NCBI RefSeq assembly: GCF_009914755.1
Contig: NC_060929.1
Source of the DNA: the human T2T-CHM13v2.0 reference genome, Homo sapiens
Length of the DNA stretch: 64,000 nucleotides
Strand: one strand, 5' to 3'
Below are positions 58,004-64,000 of this stretch, in pieces. The first letter of the stretch is position 1, and the number at the start of each line of letters is the position of its first letter. The notes below the pieces were generated by a model, which searched no databases, had not been told where the DNA came from, and worked only from the letters and a program-made list of their open reading frames with translations. The position numbers and the translations under genes were made by a program.

Positions 58004-58093
58004 TCCCCCATCCAAAGACTAACCAGGCCTGACTCCATTTCACTTCCAAGATCAGATGAGATCGGGTGCATTCAGGGTGGTATGTCCAAAGAC
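58004..58093 (-). pseudogene. 5S rRNA pseudogene, 3'-truncated (about nt 1-89)
   Basis: Reverse complement gtctttggacataccaccctgaatgcacccgatctcatctgatcttggaag...ggcctggttagtctttggatggg aligns with the 5' three quarters of 5S rRNA, with CpG decay. Confidence 0.9.
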
Positions 58094-61000
58094 TGTGTCA
58101 GGGGATTTGTTTTGGAAGTGGGGTGGCATTATTAAAAACACACCGGCTTCATCCACACATTCATCACGGAAGAGGGAAAATTAGTAAGGGTTCCACCATT
58201 CAGGCTGTGGACTATAGTGTCATCCCTAAATCCTCATTATGAGGCCTACCAGGGCTTTCTTGAGCCCTGCAGGCAGCTAGCAAAGGGACTGAAAAAGAAA
58301 TGAGGCCTGGGGTTGTCTGGGGAGGGAAGCTTTAGGCAGTTGCTCTGTAGGCTTGAAGGGAGGGAAATTATGGCTTTTCAAGTCCTTAGAAATTGGGCAT
58401 TTGAGTGTGTACCTTTTATTATAATGGACCCTAGAATATTCAAAGGAAGTTTAGTGGAGATAGCTGACTTATTTCATTGGGCCACTGAGCTAGCAGAATT
58501 TTAGCTTCATCTTTATTCCACCTTGCAATTGTTCCATCTTATATATGCTGGTTGCCTAATAGAAGTTGATTTGGTTGAATTAATTACAAGATCAATGAGA
58601 GGTTTAAAGGTGCTTTTTTTTCAATGGAAGAGTAAAGGCAGGAGCCAAACTTGAAGGAGTTAAGAAGCAACTTGATTCCCACTGCCCATCTGCCTTTATA
58701 TATCCCACTTCTTGATGCTGGCTAGTATCTTCCTTTTTTGTTTTTTCTAACTAATCTTCCTCCTCCTGACAGAAGAGTACGAATGTCTACCAAAGTTCAG
58801 CTTTTTGCATTACTTGTTTTTAACGTCAGGAACTGAATGTTGCGCAAGGATGGTTTTTGTAAAAGCCAGGGATGGCGTGGCTTCCATTTTCCTTCATTCA
58901 ACTGACACCCTCCAGTTGTAATCTGATGGCTCTTACCAAGCAGCAGGCCTTGTGGGGTAAAGTAGTATAGGGCCCTTAGAATCGAACCAACTGTTGCAAG
59001 GTAGCAAATCAGCCTTCAAGTAGTTTTTAGTGTCAGCAGGAAAACAGACTGACTTCTATGTGCCACTAACTAAGAAATATTGCCAGTACTGGGGCTGAAA
59101 GATCACACATGTAAAATACCTAGTTCAGTACCTGGTAAAGAACAGTTAATTTGTGAAACATCGTGGTGGTTATTGCTCCCTGAGGCCTAATCTCTAGGGC
59201 TTTCCCCTCCTGTTCCCGTCCAGGAGTCTTGGGTGTTTGCTCTAATGCATCCTTTGCAGGGGATGGAGGAGAGGATGGCTGCCCTCTGCTCTTTCTTCTC
59301 TGGCAAACTCATCCTACTCTGGATCCCAGTTTGTACATCTATATGCTAAGGGTGTTGGACTAGTGTAGGGGCTTTTATTTGGAGTTCGCAGATAAACTGC
59401 AAAGGGGCCTATGAACTCCTTAAACCATGACAAAAATTATTCCTGTGTGTGTTATGGGCAGCCCTGCTGACTCTAATATGTGAAGAACCACCATCTTTGA
59501 TGCCCCTAAGGGCATAAATCTTCTGTCATATCAGTTACTCAGGGTCCCAAAGTTTGATACACATGCTCCTGGTGGTTCACAAAATGATTTCAGGTGGTAT
59601 GTGGGTGCATGTTTGTTACATTGATAATTATGTGATTAATGTTAGGGAAAAACCTAGCATATCAGAGTTGAAATTTCATGCATATTATTTCTTTGGAGGA
59701 GGCTAAGTCTTGCTTTTAAGAAAAGGTGACTTAAAAAAATGTTACATGAGTAATAGTACAAATGTGAGTTGATTCTTAAGTTTGAGATACAATGATTGGT
59801 CCCAACCCCCGACGTGGTACAGACAGAGGAGCTGAGTCCGGAGAAGTGGAGAAAAGGCCATAAAGGAAGTCGGTGGTAAATGTAGGCCAATAACCCAGTG
59901 GCCTTCTGCAAAATCATCACTCTCTATGACTGGCAGAAGTTTCTGACTCTCTCATGTCTCCTCCAAGAACACTGTCCCAGTCAGGACAGAAATCTTGCCC
60001 AGAGAGGAGTTTACACCTTAGCCACTTTACTTGAGATGCCTAAGGCGAGGCTTTCCTTGCAGGAAAAATGAGAAATACTGAGAAAGTCTCGTCTTTGTTC
60101 CCATGCTCCCTCAATTCTGAGACGTACTTTTTTACATTTTAATGTTCCTGAAATTGGGCTGCATCTAACAAGACTGTTTTTACCTAAGGTGACAGTTATT
60201 TCCTTGCCAAAAAGCTATTAGTAAATGGATAGTAGCTTAGAATTGAGATAAAATGATTCTTTCACTATTTTTTCCTCCTCCAAAGCAAATTACACTTGAA
60301 AGTCAGGACTTCTAATACATCTGTAAACTGAAAGAAAATTTCCCTTTCATTGAAAAACTCTCATCTCAAACCATTTACCCTGCACTAAATGGGAGTTAGG
60401 AGAAATGAGTCATCAAGACAGATGTAGAGATATTAACCCAGAACCAGTTTTCTGGACTCCACCCATCTACTTTCCTAAGTTTATAAATCCTTTGCATGCA
60501 TTTAGTGCCTTTCCTAGGGGTGTGCCACATAGAACCTTCTGGAAATGGCTTTCTAGAAGTTATAAATCTGGATCCTCAACTGGGGAAAAGGATGAACCAT
60601 CTTCCACAGCTTCAAGTGGACTTCATTCACTTCATGTCACAGCTGCTTGATTTCCCCACAGTTCATTTCTGTAGAAGAGAGCCTTCTGGTCTGTTTTTCC
60701 AGATGGCGAGCTTGGGGTGAGTTAGAAGTGCCTGATTGGACTTCACAACTCAGCGTTTTTATTGGCTATTTTTGTTCTAGGTACAATGGAGGTTGATGGA
60801 TTGTTACTTTTGGTTACCAAAACCAGGAGGAGGGGAGGGTGCTGCTTAGGAGAAACACCCAAAAAGAACAGACCAGCCTTTCTCAGGGACTCAGGGGTGG
60901 TGGCACTGCTTCCAACTTACTGCTTCATTTAGAACACCAGATAATAAGCACCCAGGACTCGGCCTTTAGAAGTCAATGGAATAAATAAGCTGGAAAAGGT

Positions 61001-61399
61001 TGAAGAGAAAAAAGCCAAGGAACATGTAAGTAGAAGATTATATGGAGCCATTTAAGAGCACAAAAAGCAAGAGTAACAAGGCAGCAGATGGAATTTGGCC
61101 CCGCCTGGCCCTGCCAAGCTCACTCTGGGAAGCACTGTGTCGAAAGTGCTCTCTTTCTGTCCCCTGAAGCATTCAAGTTCCCTAGCCAAATTCTCAGGCT
61201 GTTTCTATGGAGCTTACAAAAAAAGAGCATAGCAGGGTTGATGTGCCCTTTCCTTGTCATTCTGCATCCTCTTCTCAGCTTCATGCAATAAATCTCTGGC
61301 TTAAATGAAATTGTTCAAAGGAAAATGGAAAATGGAAAAAAAAATGGTGGAGGGGCAGGAGATACTGACTAGTTCTGGTTTTTCACAAAACAAGAAGAA

Positions 61400-61842
61400 T
61401 TTGTCTAAGAGTAAACGGTGTTTATTTTTTGTTGATTTTTTTCAATCAAATGGAATTGCTTAATTAAAAAAAACTTATCTCTTTTCTCCTTAAATACTAC
61501 AGACAACCTCATTTTATCGCAGCAGACACCTAGGAACAAAACACTGGACCCACCAGAGAAAACTGGGCAATAAAAGCATCAGAAGTTCAAGTCAACTATG
61601 GAAGAATTACTCTTAGCTGGCAGCTTTCAATTCTAAACAGAAGTGTCCCAAACCTATTGGGTTTGACAAAAGTTTCTTAGAACTGGGGAGCTGGGAATGT
61701 TGGACTCCTTTTAATTCTATTCCAATCATTTCCTGTATAGGGAAATTAAAGTCAATGCATCAAATGAAGACCCAAAGAAACATTTAAAAACTTGTTTGAC
61801 TAGTATTCAGTATGTGAGATTATTAAGTAATAACTTGTCCAC
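61400..61842 (-). other. PPP2R2B: Proximal 3'UTR of PPP2R2B
   Basis: Repeat-free AU-rich sequence between the stop codon and the first AATAAA; the cleavage position is estimated. Confidence 0.75.
61421..61426 (-). terminator. Proximal polyadenylation signal AATAAA
   Basis: tttatt on +. On the minus strand it is followed about 25-40 nt later by a U/GU-rich tract (ttcttcttgttttgtg). Confidence 0.75.
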
Positions 61843-62122
61843 CTAGTTAACCTTGTCCTGGAATATATATAGGTTATTTGTAGCCGCCACTGCTATAATA
61901 TTTTCTGAAGGATGCCAAGCTGTATGCAAGATCTTTTTGCTAAAGTCCAGACTGTCGACACTGATCTCGTCTTTTCTCCGCTTGCCCCCCACACACACTT
62001 TTCGGGGTTTGAGGATAGCCCGGGGCTTGCTGTTTTCCCTCGAAGCCTCAAGGGTCACATCACGCTTGGTGTTTCTGTCGAACATCCTGAAGAAGTTGTT
62101 GTAGGAGCCTGTCATGATGACA
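61843..62122 (-). CDS. PPP2R2B: Last coding exon of PP2A regulatory subunit B55-beta (WD40 C-terminus); upstream exons lie beyond the right end of the window
   Basis: Translates to (S)[118 protein letters not shown] fit the beta paralog rather than alpha. Acceptor ctttgctctctgccttgcAG ends at 62123, the exon starts on the last base of a Ser codon, and the TAG stop is at 61843-61845. Confidence 0.96.
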
Positions 62123-62145
62123 CTGCAAGGCAGAGAGCAAAGGCA
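62123..62145 (-). other. PPP2R2B: 3' splice acceptor and polypyrimidine tract of the last PPP2R2B intron
   Basis: Minus strand reads ttgcctttgctctctgccttgcAG|TGTCATCATG; protein similarity starts exactly at this junction. Confidence 0.92.
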
Positions 62146-63659
62146 ATGACATATCTTCACTGTCTTTTCTTTTTGGAGCAAATGATACCATGTTATGGCC
62201 AGCTTATGACACCATAGGTTTTATTAAAAACAAAAACCAAAAAATGAGAACAGGCTCTGCAGTGTGATTATTGGCTTTTTGTTTTTTTTTTGTGTTTTTT
62301 TTTTTTTTTTTTGAATCACTGAAAGCAATAGGATTTTTGGCTGGGTTTGGAAATGAGGGATGGTGAGAACTCTCCTTGTAATTTGCTTTTGCTCAATAGA
62401 TTCTTTTTGCTTCTTTGGCTCAGAAAAGGTGTCCACTGGTTTTAATGATCCCAGTCCTACCTACCTCCCATCAGGAATGTGAGACTAGAATGAGGTTTGT
62501 CGAAGTAGACACACTTTTGAAAACAATAAGCAGTTGTACGTGTTTAAGGTTTGGCCACTGTCAACAGGGTTCCTGGGCCGTCTGGCCTCTAAGGCTTCAT
62601 GGCATCAGTGCAGTGAGGGGAGAGATGCTAGTGGCATCGTGCACGAACCCGGGGCGCGACCTCTCCCCTGCCGAGAACTAGCTCTGAATTCGGCCTTTTT
62701 AGAAAACTTATCTACGAAATGGATGTCATCATGGTCTTATCTAGGAAACAAGTAAGGAAATTCAAATTTTAAAAGAATCTGGGATGGAGAAATAAAAAGA
62801 TTTTATATGGTTTTTTTCCCACACTTAATGGACAGATGGTTTCCACATTTTTATAAGTTATCCCCTCTTAGGCATAGCTGCAATCGATCAGGAGAGTGGC
62901 AAACACCCAATGTCTTCCAGAGGCAAGGTACTGAATGTTTAATGGTGACATTTCAGACACGGTGACAAGCTGAGGTGGGGAGGGAGAGATTCCTTGGGCC
63001 AGGGCAAGTACCCCAAGTGCCATCACACGGTGGTTCCCCTGGAGTGGGGGGCTCCTACTCATTTCTGGGTGGAGCTCTGACTGGCTCCTTAAGATGGGAG
63101 AGCAGGAACTCTCGTGTATTTCTCAAATGATTTGGGATGTGTAGAGAGGTGAAGGAAAAAGCTGACAAGATTGGGCCACAGCAAGGGGGATGTGTTTTTG
63201 GGCACGTTGTCACCTGTACCAGGTAAATTAAGCAAAGGTTAGATTTTGTTACTCTGGCTCATCAAACTGATACTGTGAACTGTGTCTGTGTACTCGAGTG
63301 GACTGTTATCACCTTGTCAGGCAGGGCGCTGAGGGCTTTGCCTCCATGATCTCGTTTCAACTTCTATTATCCCCTAAAAGGGTTTTACAGAGAAGTAATT
63401 TGCTCAGTGTCACATTGCTAATTGGTGGTAAAGTCCACCCTCAAACCCACATATGGTTGACTCTGGGGCATAAGTATTCAGCCGGTTGGCCTCACTGCTT
63501 CCCATACTTTGACGTTTGCTTGCCCACCATGACCCGACTTATTTTTAAACAAGTAAGAGATTATTTTCCAAAAAAAAAAAAAAAAAGACTACCAACCTTA
63601 TCTGAAAGAGAAATTAAACTTCCCAGTTGTGATGTTATAGAAAGAGTGTTGATCTTAGG

Positions 63660-63860
63660 ATTCAAACTCTAAACTTGTTACTTTTGTCTCTACTACTTAC
63701 TACTTTATGAGGTTGGGCAGATTACTTTATCTTGCTAAGCCTCAGTTTCCTTAACTGTAAAATGAGAACGATGGAAGCAATCTTGTTAGACTGTGGTTGG
63801 GATTAAATAAAATGATGTGTACGAATGTGTTTGGTATATAGTAGGTGCCTAATAAGTGTA
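63660..63860. mobile_element. MIR remnant (one of many: also near 1090-1230, 12050-12260, 21080-21200, 34960-35150, 46170-46380, 55220-55410, 57230-57620)
   Basis: MIR core gcctcagtttccttaactgtaaaatgag. Confidence 0.65.
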
Positions 63861-64000
63861 ATTTTTGAATCAAGGCTAAGATAGAGGAAAAACTTGAGCA
63901 ATAATAACAGATATGTAAATAATAATATATGAATAAATAAATACCTATAAATAAATAATAAAATGAGAGGGCTGGCTTCTTTTTCCCATGGTGGATTTTG

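Noticed and set aside
62123-62181. N-terminal part of ORF 61843..62181 ([19 protein letters not shown])
   Set aside because: Intronic read-through upstream of the splice acceptor; not B55 sequence.
61853-62217. Plus-strand ORFs overlapping the PPP2R2B exon
   Set aside because: Antisense shadows of the real coding exon with no independent support.
61843-64000. SCA12 CAG repeat of PPP2R2B
   Set aside because: No CAG/CTG tract is present; that repeat is in the 5' part of the gene, outside this window.

Overview
Primate (very likely human) genomic DNA, mostly intergenic and repeat-rich. The only supportable protein-coding feature is the last coding exon of PPP2R2B (PP2A regulatory subunit B55-beta; minus strand, 62122->61843), followed by its 3'UTR. 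There is a proximal AATAAA at 61421 and candidate distal poly(A) signals about 9 kb further downstream, one of them inside an MSTA LTR. The rest is about 22 Alu copies (all left of 39.7 kb), two LTR-internal-LTR THE1 elements, several solo MaLR and ERV1 LTRs, L1/L2/MIR remnants, hAT-Charlie MER elements, a retroposed 28S rRNA 3' end and a truncated 5S rRNA pseudogene. I found no convincing new gene system. The best leads are: (1) an old L1 with a 5' inversion and a ~135 bp 3' transduction inside one 18-bp TSD; (2) a diverged ~210 bp local duplication with a perfectly identical 47-bp core, bracketing an enhancer-like block; (3) a near-perfect POU4F/Brn3 site at the window start; (4) a possible ~9 kb Alu-free PPP2R2B 3'UTR ending at an LTR-donated or microsatellite-adjacent poly(A) site. 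Repeat subfamily names and locus neighbours come from memory and were not searched. Boundaries of old repeats are approximate.
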